A stretch of DNA of 64,000 nt from Caecitellus pseudoparvulus (GCA_965644315.1 CBFFRQ010000214.1:1-64000); one strand, 5' to 3'; shown: positions 42,001-57,000, numbered from the stretch's first letter. Program-made: numbers and translations. Notes: generated by a model not told the origin, from the letters alone.

Positions 42001-45000
42001 CAGCAGTGATTGTTGCGTCGGCGAGTTGTGCACCGCCAATGCTGGACAGCTTCAGTAAAGAGGGCGTGCCAACAGCTGGCCCCGCCGCCAAATGTACAAC
42101 TCCGCTAGATTCCACGCCTGCTCCACTTTCAAGGACAAGAGGACCACTAGATTCGCTGTCCCCGCTTGAAAGGGACAATGCACCGGAACCAGAGAGTGCA
42201 TCGCCAGTCGAAACACTAATCCCACCGCTCGAGACCTTGCCCGTGGTAGCTAAACTCATTGATCCTGACTGAAACGCATTCCCAGACCGAATAATCATTC
42301 CGCCACTGGAATTTGTTCCCTTGCCTGACTCTATTCTGAGGGCGCCCCCCAGTGACGACTGCCCCGCTTGAATCGCAACATCACCGGAGACTAAACTCCT
42401 CCCGGAGGAAATAGTGACAGACCCCGAACGGGACACTGCCCGGCCTGCAATGATGCCAATGCCACCTGTTTCATGCCCTGCTCCAGACTTGAGCTGGATA
42501 CCACCACTTCTTAAACCTGATCCGGTTCGAAGGGATGTGCTGCCAGTCTCTGCTGAAGCATCCCCAGAGGCCACCAAAATACCCCCCTTTGCCCCATGCA
42601 GACGACCCGAACGAACAGAAAAATTGCCACTTTGGCTACCTCGACCACTGGCAAGCCGTACTACACCGGACGTTAACAACCCTTCCCCAGATTCAAGTAC
42701 GACATCCCCTCCTTGCTCCATCGACTGACCGGCTGCAACGAGCACGCTACCACTCACGCCCCGACTGGCAGCACTTGACACACTAACGGACCCACTGGCC
42801 CCCGCCTCGGATGGCCCCGTCGTGACGTGCACCTCACCACTTGACACAGGGCCCTGGCCCGACGCCACAGACACCCTGCCACCGGCACCAGATGCGCTGC
42901 TGCCCCCCAACACAGACACACTGCCAGATTGGACACGTGCCAAGCCACTGCCCAGCTGCACTGCACCACTGGCACTGCCAGCGTCACCGCTCATGATGTG
43001 CACCGCGCCTGACTGGCCCCCTCTTGATGTGCCTGACTGCAGATGCAACTGACCGCTCGAGCCGCCCTCCACAGCGCCGCTGCTGACCTCCACACCACCG
43101 CTACCATGGCTGCCAGCTCCCCCCAGCACACTCACACCACCTCCTAGCCCTCCATGAGACCCACCAGCCTGCAGTACGACGGACCCCCCTTCCCCACGGG
43201 CTGCAACACCAGCCTGCAGCACCACGTCGCCACCCGGCCCAGACACTGCACCCCCAGCACGGCCCGTGATGTCCCCTGATGCCCCACTCGCGCTGCTGCC
43301 CGTCGACAACAGTATGCTGCCGCTGTCACCGTCGCTGCCTGACGAGCTCACACGCACGCCACCTGCGCCTGCATGCACGTCCACGGACCCACCAGCACCC
43401 GATGCGACAGACACGGTGCCGCCTTGCGAGCCCCCCCCCGCGGCCACAGTCACATTGCCCCCCGACACTGCACCTTTGCCTGTGCCGACAAACACGTCTC
43501 CAGACACGCCAGTCGCGCTGTCCCCACTGCGCAGAGACACAGACCCGGACGCCTCGCGGCCCTCTCCACTGCGCACTTCCACGCGCCCACCAGTACCTTG
43601 CATAGACTGTCCAGCATACATGAGCAAGTCTCCGCCCGCTTTGTGGGAGCTACCAACGCTTAAAAGGATCCCTCCGCTTTGATCACCCGCTGAGGCCCCT
43701 GTTCGCATGGCGATGCTGCCGCTGCTGGAAGCATCTCCTGTGAGCACCTGAATGCTTCCCGACACAGCACCAGCCTCGCCTGTAGCAAGCCTGACTGATC
43801 CACTGGCGTGCTCAGACTGCTTGGAACTGACACTGATGTTTCCAGTCTGGCTCTCTGTGTTTGGAAGCATGGAGAACCGGCGGCTCCTGGCGTGCAGTGC
43901 TGCAAGCAAATCAATGGTGATCTTTGTCTTGTCAACTTCATGAAAGTTCTTCAAGCTGAAGTTCTTCTCAGGAAGACTCAACTCGGGGTACTCAGAAACG
44001 TACTCAGGCATGACCTCCTGGACCTCTTGCGCAATGACACCTCGAGTCTCGATGTCTTTGATGCCACGAACGCGCTGCCACTCAGGTGTGTACCGATACT
44101 TGGTCACTCGCAGGCGCAGCAAGCGCTGGAGTACATCATCATCATCCACATCTTGGATGTCCGTTTTGATGCGGCGGTCAGAAGGAGAGTACACTTGCAC
44201 GAGGTTGGCTGGAACATGAGACATGATGCGCTCCTTGCCCAAACGAAGAACAGTCCCACCAGTGACATTCGCACCTAGCATTTGCACCTGGATGGACCCA
44301 TTGCTCACTGACAGGTGCACCTGATGGCCAGCATGCATCGACAGGTTGCCGGTGGATGAGATGTTTACCCCACGGCCAAGTGCAAGTGAGGAGGCATGAG
44401 AAGCTGAGGAGGAGGATAACCTGACACTAGCATCCGAGGCAGATGAAGTTGCGGACACAGACACTGACGAAGGACCAGTTTGTGAGTCCGAAACAATACT
44501 CACGTTCGATGAGTCAGGTGCCTGCGCTACAAAACTAAGAAGGCTTTCCTGACTTGACTCAGCGACGACCTGAGTAGTTTCAGCCGACGCAAGCAGTTTC
44601 GAAGACCGAAAATCGACTTCTTGCGAGGCTTTCAGAGCGATCCCATCTCCTGACATCAGTATGGAGCCGCCCAAGGCTTCGCCAGAGGCGGATCTGCCGC
44701 TACGAATGACAACGGATCCACCCCGCCCACCTGCCGAGCTGCCACCCTGCAGAGTGACGTTGCCTGCATCCCCAGCCATGCCCACACCAGACGACACTGT
44801 CACAGACCCACTGCTGCCAGATGCCGACATGGAGCTGCCAAGCAGCAAGTCCCCACTCCGAACACCGCCAGCACCAGTCACAAGCTGCACCCGGCCACTC
44901 GCCTTCCCCCCTGCACCGGATGACACCATCACGGCGCCTCCACTCCCATCCCGACTCATGCCGGCGTGCCATGTGATGGACCCACCCTGCTCCCCCGTGC

Positions 45001-48000
45001 CACCTGCCACAGACACGCTGCCTCCCCGGCTGCCACGCTCAGCCCCGCCGACCAGCCCAGCACGCACCTGCACGTTGCCATGCAGACCCTTGCCGTCACC
45101 AGCCAGCAAGGAGACATTGCCACTCTCTGTGTGCCCTCTGCCCCCTTGCAGCAACAGTGCCCCGCCAACACCTTCGCTGCTGGAGCCGGCCGCCACAGTC
45201 ACGTTGCCACCGACTGCCTTGCCATGGCCAGCCTGCATGGTCAATGAGCCGCCACCACCACCTCGCAAGCCGCCGCTCGCGCCCGCTGCAATGACCACAT
45301 CACCCCCACCAATGCGCACACCAGCAGTGCCAGGTGTAGAGCCACCGCCCACTTCCACCGCAATGCTGCCGCTGACGTCGCCGTCCCCGCTCGACATGTG
45401 CACATGGCCACCTTCTCCGCTCAACACTGCTGATGACCCCCTCGCAAGGTGACACCACCAGAGGATCGGGCCACCAATGACACACCACCCCCGCCCTGGC
45501 CACCGCTCCCGCCTTGCACGGAAACGTTGCCAGCCACGCCAGCAGCAGCGTCCCCGCTCGCCAGCACCACGTCACCCGCAGGCCCATCTGATGCTTGGCC
45601 CGTTCGCAGCACCACAGACCCTGAGCGCTGGCCCTCCCCGCTGCTGACCAGCACAGAGCCGCTGGTGTCTCCGGCCCCACTCCTCACGCTGACGCCTCCC
45701 CCAGTCCCAGCGGTGGCGCTTCCAGCTAGAATGCGAGCATGGCCACCCTGCTTTGTGGCATTACCGGCCACCATTTCAAGCTGACCTGACTGCTGTCCGC
45801 TCCCAGTCACTACGCTGACACTGCCACTATTTGAAGCACGTCCAGACGCCACTTGGATGCTTCCAGATGTGCGCCTAGCCGAGCCCGTCGTAAGCGCCAC
45901 AGAGCCACTGGTGTCCTCTGCACTCAGTCCACTACTGAGCGCTGCAGAGCCGCTCCGGCGCACTGCTTTCCCGCTGTGAAGCTTCACAGGCCCACTCTCC
46001 GCCCCTGGCCCACTTCTGAAGCTAGCCTTACCGGAAGTTCCCATGTCTGATCTGCCAGATTTGAGCAGCACGGTACCTGACCTGACACTGCTGCGCCCAG
46101 TCGACCCATGCAAGTCACCAGAACGGGCAGCCCCGGAGCCTGTAGACACAGCAATCGCACCTGACTCGGCACCATGCCCAGACACGATCTCAACCTTACC
46201 ACTCTCTGATGCAGAGTCACCAGAAGACAGGCTCACTCGGCCGCTGGCCCCGTGACTGCTTGCACCAGTTGCCAGCGATACTTCACCACTCCGGGCCCCG
46301 TCACCTGACTGGATCTCAACACTCCCAGACTCAAACTCTGCAGCCTCAGGGGCAGTCCCACCTGATCCCACAGAAACACCACCTGATGAAGCAGACGTGC
46401 TTCCGGACCTAAGCATCACTGAGCCTGACTTCTCAAGGCCGCGGGTAGCGAGCAGAGTCCCTCCACTCCCGCTGGAGACCGCGACGCTGCCAGCTCTGTC
46501 AGCGGAGATCTCCACCTTTCCGTGGCTAGCATCAGACCCTTCTGCCACGATTTTCACTTGCCCTCCAGACTCTGCTGAACCTGTAGCCATCAATTGTACG
46601 GTCCCAGCTGATGAGCTGCCACCAGTCCCCACCAATATTCTCCCTGCATGGTCGCTCGCGATACCGTCACCCGCGGACAGACGGATATCCCCAGCATCAG
46701 TTGCAGCCCCTGTCACAACCGAAATTCCACCGGAACTTCCATCAGAGGCCGCCGTGTGCACGTCCACACTCCCTGAGCCCAGCGCTCCGGCACCAGACCG
46801 TAGCACAATACCCCCCCCTGACTTCCTGTCGCTGCCGCTGCCGCCCTGCAGAGTCATATTACCGCCTGGCCCCGCCTGGCCTGAACCAGCCAGCACAGTC
46901 ACACTGCCTCCTGACCCCAATGCATCTGTGCTGGCCCCACCCTGCAGAAGAACTGACCCACCACGCTGGCTCCCAGACCCACCAGCAACACGAGCTGCAC
47001 CTCCCTGGAGCCCATTCCCAGCTTCCACAGCGACAGAACCACCTGATCCACCCACACCAGAGCCTGCTGCGATGCTCATCGCTCCACCTTGCACCTCGCT
47101 GTGCCCTGCTTCCAATGACACGGTGCCCCCTGAGCCCTCTTCACTTGGCCCTGCGATCAATGAAATGCCACCGCTTCCAGCGCTGCCGGCGCCTGTTCCA
47201 ATGGTCACATGCCCAGACACAGCCGCAGCAGAATCACCCGTGGTGATGCTGATGGGCCCACTGCTGCGTGTGCTTACTGCACCTGTGGAGACGTACATGC
47301 CACCACTGGGCCCGCTCGAGCTGCTACCGCTGCCCACCACCACCTCACCGCCTTCACCTGCCTCTGACACGCCAGCTCGCATGGTGAGCACCCCGCCGCG
47401 CGCGCCTGCACCGGCTCGCAAAGTCACGTTCCCGCCGATCATGCCGCCCTCGCCAGCTGCCACCCGCACATTCCCAGCCTGCTCTGAGCCCGAACCAGCC
47501 AACACACTGGAGTCGCCACCAGTGCCTGCAGTGCTCTGGCCCCCCACCACTTGCACACTTCCCCCCATGCCCTCCCCTGCACCAGCGGACACGGCCACCG
47601 CTCCACCAGTTCGGCCTTGCCCACCACTCACAGATGCTTGGGCCGTGTGTGCTACAAGGCGCACGTCACCACCTGCCTGGGCGCCCAGGCCAGCTTCAAT
47701 GCGCACAGCGCCTCCACCCCCTGTGCTGCGCCCCGCCGACACAGTCACATTCCCACTTGCTCCTTGAGCTGCATCCCCAGACATCAGAGCCATGGAGCCA
47801 CTGCTGCCCGCAGATGCCAACCCAGTCTCAATGGTCACGTTGCCTGAAGTGAGACCGGGGCCACTGCGCAGCGTCAGGCTCCCCCCTGAGTGCCCGTGCC
47901 CACCCACGATCTGCACGTCACCCCCAGCGCCCTGCCCATCACCTGCACTGGCAATGACAGAGCCACCGACCGAGCCAGATCCTGCCAACAAGCTAGCGCC

Positions 48001-51000
48001 TCCGCCATGCTCATCAGCACCATCTCCGCCAGACAGCTGCATCTCGCCACCTGCACCGAGTGATGCCGATCCAGCCAGCAGTGCGACACCCCCACCCTGC
48101 AGGGCCCCGCTCCCACTCTCCATCACGACGTCCCCGCCATGCTTGCCTCCGGCGACAGAGCCTGCCTTGATGGCCACTGAACCGCCAGATCCGCCCTCCA
48201 CGCTGCGGCCTGCGCTCACTGCCACTGGCCCAGCACCGTCACGCCCAGCGCCAGAGCCCAGCACCACAGACCCGGACGTCCCCAAACGAGAGGCACCACT
48301 CACCACAGACACGTTCCCAGACCCCAATGCCCCCATTCCACTGGAGAGGAACACGCCCCCACTGGAGCCCGACGATGCCTCACCACTGCCCACCTGAACG
48401 GACCCTGACGATGCACCGCCGGAGCCAGACACGACACTCAGCGTGCCAGATGCACCCTGGGCGCTGCGCCCACTTGCCAACATGAGAGCACCACCTGTCG
48501 CGTGGCCAGCTGCATGGCCGGCCGACACAGCCACTGAACCGCCTGCACCTGCCAGGCTGCCCCCACCAACCACCTGCACCTGGCCTGCATCACCGCTTGA
48601 ACTATCACCACTGCCCATGCGCACGCTACCACTCACACCCCGACTGGCAGCACTTGACACACTAACGGACCCACTGGCCCCCGCCTCGGATGGCCCCGTC
48701 GTGACGTGCACCTCACCACTTGACACAGGGCCCTGGCCCGACGCCACAGACACCCTGCCACCGGCACCAGATGCGCTGCTGCCCCCCAACACAGACACAC
48801 TGCCAGATTGGACACGTGCCAAGCCACTGCCCAGCTGCACTGCACCACTGGCACTGCCAGCGTCACCGCTCATGATGTGCACCGCGCCTGACTGGCCCCC
48901 TCTTGATGTGCCTGACTGCAGATGCAACTGACCGCTCGAGCCGCCCTCCACAGCGCCGCTGCTGACCTCCACACCACCGCTACCATGGCTGCCAGCTCCC
49001 CCCAGCACACTCACACCACCTCCTAGCCCTCCATGAGACCCACCAGCCTGCAGTACGACGGACCCCCTTCCCCACGGGCTGCAACACCAGCCTGCAGCAC
49101 CACGTCGCCACCCGGCCCAGACACTGCACCCCCAGCATGGCCCGTGATGTCCCCTGATGCCCCACTCGCGCTGCTGCCCGTCGACAACAGTATGCTGCCG
49201 CTGTCACCGTCGCTGCCTGACGAGCTCACACGCACGCCACCTGCGCCTGCATGCACGTCCACGGACCCACCAGCACCCGATGCGACAGACACGGTGCCAC
49301 CTTGCGAGCCCCCCCCCGCGGCCACAGTCACATTGCCCCCCGACACTGCACCTTTGCCTGTGCCGACAAACACGTCTCCAGACACGCCAGTCGCGCTGTC
49401 CCCACTGCGCAGAGACACAGACCCGGACGCCTCGCGGCCCTCTCCACTGCGCACTTCCACGCGCCCACCAGTACCTTGCATAGACTGTCCAGCATACATG
49501 AGCAAGTCTCCGCCCGCTTTGTGGGAGCTACCAACGCTTAAAAGGATCCCTCCGCTTTGATCGCCCGCTGAGGCCCCTGTTCGCATGGCGATGCTGCCGC
49601 TGCTGGAAGCATCTCCTGTGAGCACCTGAATGCTTCCCGACACAGCACCAGCCTTGCCTGTAGCAAGCCTGACTGATCCACTAGCGTGCTCAGACTGCTT
49701 CGAACTGACACTGATGTTTCCAGTCTGGCTCTCTGTGTTTGGAAGCATGGAGAACCGGCGGCTCCTGGCGTGCAGTGCTGCAAGCAAATCAATGGTGATC
49801 TTTGTCTTGTCAACTTCATGAAAGTTCTTCAAGCTGAAGTTCTTCTCAGGAAGACTCAACTCGGGGTACTCAGAAACGTACTCAGGCATGACCTCCTGGA
49901 CCTCTTGCGCAATGACACCTCGAGTCTCGATGTCTTTGATGCCACGAACGCGCTGCCACTCAGGTGTGTACTGATACTTGGTCACTCGCAGGCGCAGCAA
50001 GCGCTGGAGTACATCATCATCATCCACATCTTGGATGTCCGTTTTGATGCGGCGGTCAGAAGGAGAGTACACTTGCACGAGGTTGGCTGGAACATGAGAC
50101 ATGATGCGCTCCTTGCCCAAACGAAGAACAGTCCCACCCGTGACATTGGCACTTGAAATGCTGACATCGAATCCAGCCTGAGAGCTAAATGTAGATGAAG
50201 CGGCATGTGTTCTCAAAAGCCCAGAGGTGGATAGTGATGCTCCTAATTCAGACACAGATAGTACTGATGATTCGGACCGCGACTGGCTGCGCGCAACAAG
50301 CTGGACAGAACCACCAGGACCGTTAGACGAGACTGATATTCTCGAAGACTCTTGCCATGGTTCCCCTGCTGCAATGCTCACGTCGCCTCCACGCCCGACG
50401 CCGTCGCCAGCATGAAGCACCACGCTTCCACCATCATTGCCACGCCCAGCCACAAGTGCCAACTTGCTACCTACGCCCTCTGCCGTGGATGAGCTCAGCA
50501 GCTCAATCCCTGTGCCACTCTCATGCTCGCCAGATGCAGCTGCCACGACCACACCATGCCCTGCCAGGCCCAGCTGTGCTCCAGCAGTCACCGACACGCC
50601 ACCCGCGCCGCCGACTACCTGCACGCCCCCGCCTTCACCACTGCTTGACTCCCCACCAGCAATCAACACCGAACCGCTGCCCACAGCAGCACCACTGCCG
50701 CCCATCAAGCTCACAGACCCGCCCCGCCCACCTGCCGAGCTGCCACCCTGCAGAGTGACGTTGCCTGCATCCCCAGCCATGCCCACACCAGACGACACTG
50801 TCACAGACCCACTGCTGCCAGATGCCGACATGGAGCTGCCAAGCAGCAAGTCCCCACTCCGAACACCGCCAGCACCAGTCACAAGCTGCACCCGGCCACT
50901 CGCCTTCCCCCCTGCACCGGATGACACCATCACGGCGCCTCCACTCCCATCCCGACTCATGCCGGCGTGCCATGTGATGGACCCACCCTGCTCCCCCGTG

Positions 51001-54000
51001 CCACCTGCCACAGACACGCTGCCTCCCCGGCTGTCACGCTCAGCCCCGCCGACCAGCCCAGCACGCACCTGCACGTTGCCATGCAGACCCTTGCCGTCAC
51101 CAGCCAGCAAGGAGACATTGCCACTCTCTGTGTGCCCTCTGCCCCCTTGCAGCAACAGTGCCCCGCCAACACCTTCGCTGCTGGAGCCGGCCGCCACAGT
51201 CACGTTGCCACCGACTGCCTTGCCATGGCCAGCCTGCATGGTCAATGAGCCGCCACCACCACCTCGCAAGCCGCCGCTCGCACCCGCTGCAATGACCACA
51301 TCACCCCCACCAATGCGCACACCAGCAGTGCCAGGTGTAGAGCCACCGCCCACTTCCACCGCAATGCTGCCGCTGACGTCGCCGTCCCCGCTCGACATGT
51401 GCACATGGCCACCTTCTCCGCTCAACACTGCTGATGACCCCCCTCGCAAGGTGACACCACCAGAGGATCGGGCCACCAATGACACACCACCCCCGCCCTG
51501 GCCACCGCTCCCGCCTTGCACGGAAACGTTGCCAGCCACGCCAGCAGCAGCGTCCCCGCTCGCCAGCACCACGTCACCCGCAGGCCCATCTGATGCTTGG
51601 CCCGTTCGCAGCACCACAGACCCTGAGCGCTGGCCCTCCCCGCTGCTGACCAGCACAGAGCCACTGGTGTCTCCGGCCCCACTCCTCACGCTGACGCCTC
51701 CCCCAGTCCCAGCGGTGGCGCTTCCAGCTAGAATGCGAGCATGGCCACCCTGCTTTGTGGCATTACCGGCCACCATTTCAAGCTGACCTGACTGCTGTCC
51801 GCTCCCAGTCACTACGCTGACACTGCCACTATTTGAAGCACGTCCAGACGCCACTTGGATGCTTCCAGATGTGCGCCTAGCCGAGCCCGTCGTAAGCGCC
51901 ACAGAGCCACTGGTGTCCTCTGCACTCAGTCCACTACTGAGCGCTGCAGAGCCGCTCCGGCGCACTGCTTTCCCGCTGTGAAGCTTCACAGGCCCACTCT
52001 CTGCCCCTGGCCCACTTCTGAAGCTAGCCTTACCGGAAGTTCCCATGTCTGATCTGCCAGATTTGAGCAGCACGGTACCTGACTTGACACTGCTGCGCCC
52101 AGTCGACCCATGCAAGTCACCTGAACGGGCAGCCCCGGAGCCTGTAGACACAGCAATCGCACCTGACTCGGCACCATGCCCAGACACGATCTCAACCTTA
52201 CCACTCTCTGATGCTGCGTCACCAGAAGACAGGCTCACTCGGCCGCTGGCCCCGTGACTGCTTGCACCAGTTGCCAGCGATACTTCACCACTCCGGGCCC
52301 CGTCACCTGACTGGATCTCAACACTCCCAGACTCAAACTCTGCAGCATCAGGGGCAGCCCCACCTGATCCCACAGAAACACCACCTGATGAAGCAGACGT
52401 GCTTCCGGACCTAAGCATCACTGAGCCTGACTTCTCAAGGCCGCGGGTAGCGAGCAGAGTACCTCCACTCCCGCTGGAGACCGCGACGCCGCCAGCTCTG
52501 TCAGCGGAGATCTCCACCTTTCCGTGGCTAGCATCAGACCCTTCTGCCACGATTTTCACTTGCCCTCCAGACTCTGCTGAACCTGTAGCCATCAATTGTA
52601 CGGTCCCAGCTGATGAGCTGCCACCAGTCCCCACCAATATTCTCCCTGCATGGTTGCTCGCGATACCGTCACCCGCGGACAGACGGATATCCCCAGCATC
52701 AGTTGCAGCCCCTGTCACAACCGAAATTCCACCGGAACTTCCATCAGAGGCCGCCGTGTGCACGTCCACACTCCCTGAGCCCAGCGCTCCGGCACCAGAC
52801 CGTAGCACAATACCCCCCCCTGACTTCCTGTCGCTGCCGCTGCCGCCCTGCAGAGTCATATTACCGCCTGGCCCCGCCTGGCCTGAACCAGCCAGCACAG
52901 TCACACTGCCTCCTGACCCCAATGCATCTGCGCTGGCCCCACCCTGCAGAAGAACTGACCCACCACGCTGGCTCCCAGACCCACCAGCAACACGAGCTGC
53001 ACCTCCCTGGAGCCCATTCCCAGCTTCCACAGCGACAGAACCACCTGATCCACCCACACCAGAGCCTGCTGCGATGCTCATCGCTCCACCTTGCACCTCG
53101 CTGTGCCCTGCTTCCAATGACACGGTGCCCCCTGAGCCCTCTTCACTTGGCCCTGCGATCACTGAAATGCCACCGCTTCCAGCGCTGCCGGCGCCTGTTC
53201 CAATGGTCACATGCCCAGACACAGCCGCAGCAGAATCACCCGTGGTGATGCTGATGGGCCCACTGCTGCGTGTGCTTACTGCACCTGTGGAGACGTACAT
53301 GCCACCACTGGGCCCGCTCGAGCTGCTACCGCTGCCCACCACCACCTCACCGCCTTCACCTGCCTCTGACACGCCAGCTCGCATGGTGAGCACCCCGCCG
53401 CGCGCGCCTGCACCGGCTCGCAAAGTCACGTTCCCGCCGATCATGCCGCCCTCGCCAGCTGCCACCCGCACATTCCCAGCCTGCTCTGAGCCCGAACCAG
53501 CCAACACACTGGAGTCGCCACCAGTGCTTGCAGTGCTCTGGCCCCCCACCACTTGCACACTTCCCCCCATGCCCTCCCCTGCACCAGCGGACACGGCCAC
53601 CGCTCCACCAGTTCGGCCTTGCCCACCACTCACAGATGCTTGGGCCGTGTGTGCTACAAGGCGCACGTCACCACCTGCCTGGGCGCCCAGGCCAGCTTCA
53701 ATGCGCACAGCGCCTCCACCCCCTGTGCTGCGCCCCACCGACACAGTCACATTCCCACTTGCTCCTTGAGCTGCATCCCCAGACATCAGAGCCATGGAGC
53801 CACTGCTGCCCGCAGATGCCAACCCAGTCTCAATGGTCACGTTGCCTGAAGTGAGACCGGGGCCACTGCGCAGCGTCAGGCTCCCCCCTGAGTGCCCGTG
53901 CCCACCCACGATCTGCACGTCACCCCCAGCGCCCTGCCCATCACCTGCACTGGCAATGACAGAGCCACCGACCGAGCCAGATCCTGCCAACAAGCTAGCG

Positions 54001-57000
54001 CCTCCGCCATGCTCATCAGCACCATCTCCGCCAGACAGCTGCATCTCGCCACCTGCACCGAGTGATGCCGATCCAGCCAGCAGTGCGACACCCCCACCCT
54101 GCAGGGCCCCGCTCCCACTCTCCATCACGACGTCCCCGCCATGCTTGCCTCCGGCGACAGAGCCTGCCTTGATGGCCACTGAACCGCCAGATCCGCCCTC
54201 CACGCTGCGGCCTGCGCTCACTGCCACTGGCCCAGCACCGTCACGCCCAGCGCCAGAGCCCAGCACCACAGACCCGGACGTCCCCAAACGAGAGGCACCA
54301 CTCACCACAGACACGTTCCCAGACCCCAATGCCCCCATTCCACTGGAGAGGAACACGCCCCCACTGGAGCCCGACGATGCCTCACCACTGCCCACCTGAA
54401 CGGACCCTGACGATGCACCGCCGGAGCCAGACACGACACTCAGCGTGCCAGATGCACCCTGGGCGCTGCGCCCACTTGCCATCATGAGAGCACCACCTGT
54501 CGCGTGGCCAGCTGCATGGCCGGCCGACACAGCCACTGAACCGCCTGCACCTGCCAGGCTGCCCCCACCAACCACCTGCACCTGGCCTGCATCACCGCTT
54601 GAACTATCACCACTGCCCACGAGCACGCTACCACTCACGCCCCGACTGGCAGCACTTGACACACTAACGGACCCACTGGCCCCCGCCTCGGATGGCCCCG
54701 TCGTGACGTGCACCTCACCACTTGACACAGGGCCCTGGCCCGACGCCACAGACACCCTGCCACCGGCACCAGATGCGCTGCTGCCCCCCAACACAGACAC
54801 ACTGCCAGATTGGACACGTGCCAAGCCACTGCCCAGCTGCACTGCACCACTGGCACTGCCAGCGTCACCGCTCATGATGTGCACCGCGCCTGACTGACCC
54901 CCTCTTGATGTGCCTGACTGCAGATGCAACTGACCACTCGAGCCGCCCTCCACAGCGCCGCTGCTGACCTCCACACCACCGCTACCATGGCTGCCAGCTC
55001 CCCCCAGCACACTCACACCACCTCCTAGCCCTCCATGAGACCCACCAGCCTGCAGTACGACGGACCCCCCTTCCCCACGGGCTGCAACACCAGCCTGCAG
55101 CACCACGTCGCCACCCGGCCCAGACACTGCACCCCCAGCATGGCCCGTGATGTCCCCTGATGCCCCACTCGCGCTGCTGCCCGTCGACAACAGTATGCTG
55201 CCGCTGTCACCGTCGCTGCCTGACGAGCTCACACGCACGCCACCTGCGCCTGCATGCACGTCCACGGACCCACCAGCACCCGATGCGACAGACACGGTGC
55301 CGCCTTGCGAGCCCCCCCCCGCGGCCACAGTCACATTGCCCCCCGACACTGCACCTTTGCCTGTGCCGACAAACACGTCTCCAGACACGCCAGTCGCGCT
55401 GTCCCCACTGCGCAGAGACACAGACCCGGACGCTTCGCGGCCCTCTCCACTGCGCACTTCCACGCGCCCACCAGTACCACCAGCGCCCCCTCCGAGGAGG
55501 ACTGCACCGCCGGTCCCATTCACCGACACACCTGCCTGCACGACCACGGACCCGCCCTCTCCTGTCTCGGATGCACCGGCACTCACCCGCACTGAGCCAC
55601 TGGACCCCTGGCGTGCAGATCCGCTGCGCACCGTCACAGACCCAGTGTTCCCAGATACTGCCGCGCCGCTCTGCACCAGCACAGCACCACTTGATGTGCT
55701 GCCTGCTCCATCTTGACTCGACACACGCACGCTGCCTGAGGCGTGCGCGGACTCGGGGCCCTCGTAAAAGCGTTCTTGGCGCGCCTGCATCGCAGCCAGC
55801 ACGTCCACTGACAACGATGCGTAGTCAATGCCTGGCACAAGAGAACCGTTCAAGCCTGGTACCATGCGCACGTGCTCTGGAAGTGCTGCTTGCACATCCT
55901 CAGCCGACAGCACATGATCTGCACCTGGTCCACCCTGGCGTACCTTGAGCTGCATCAAGCGACCCAACACTTCCCGCTTCTCCTCTGCTGTCACAGTTGG
56001 CGCATCAGCGATGCCCGTCGGCACTCGCTGCAGTAGGCGCTTCACTGTCATGTCTCCCTGCACTGTCATGCCATCAGCAGTCAGCTTCAGAGCTGGTGCG
56101 CCGCCAACATTGACACTGACACCTTCACCCCCACTTTGCACAGTCAACGCACCGGTCGACTCCACACTCACGTTCCCTGCAGACTCCAGCGAAATGCCTG
56201 ACGCACTCAGTGCCACCGAGCTGCCCCCACCCACAACGGACACTTCATGCCCTTGCACAGCTACACCCCCTTGTGGACCCTCGCTTGATCTCCCTGCTGC
56301 AATGCTCACGTCGCCTCCACGCCCGACGCCGTCGCCAGCATGAAGCACCACGCTTCCACCATCATTGCCACGCCCAGCCACAAGTGCCAACTTGCTACCT
56401 ACGCCCTCTGCCGTGGATGAGCTCAGCAGCTCAATCCCTGTGCCACTCTCATGCTCGCCAGATGCAGCTGCCACGACCACACCATGCCCTGCCAGGCCCA
56501 GCTGTGCTCCAGCAGTCACCGACACGCCACCCGCGCCGCCGACTACCTGCACGCCCCCGCCTTCACCACTGCTTGACTCCCCACCAGCAATCAACACCGA
56601 ACCGCTGCCCACAGCAGCACCACTGCCGCCCATCAAGCTCACAGACCCGCCCCGCCCACCTGCCGAGCTGCCACCCTGCAGAGTGACGTTGCCTGCATCC
56701 CCAGCCATGCCCACACCAGACGACACTGTCACAGACCCACTGCTGCCAGATGCCGACATGGAGCTGCCAAGCAGCAAGTCCCCACTCCGAACACCGCCAG
56801 CACCAGTCACAAGCTGCACCCGGCCACTCGCCTTCCCCCCTGCACCGGATGACACCATCACGGCGCCTCCACTCCCATCCCGACTCATGCCGGCGTGCCA
56901 TGTGATGGACCCACCCTGCTCCCCCGTGCCACCTGCCACAGACACGCTGCCTCCCCGGCTGCCACGCTCAGCCCCGCCGACCAGCCCAGCACGCACCTGC

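Noticed and set aside
43874-50060. MYRF gene or prophage tail gene
   Set aside because: No Ndt80-like DNA-binding domain, transmembrane helix or other phage genes appear in the window; only the S74/ICA domain is shared, so no gene symbol is assigned.
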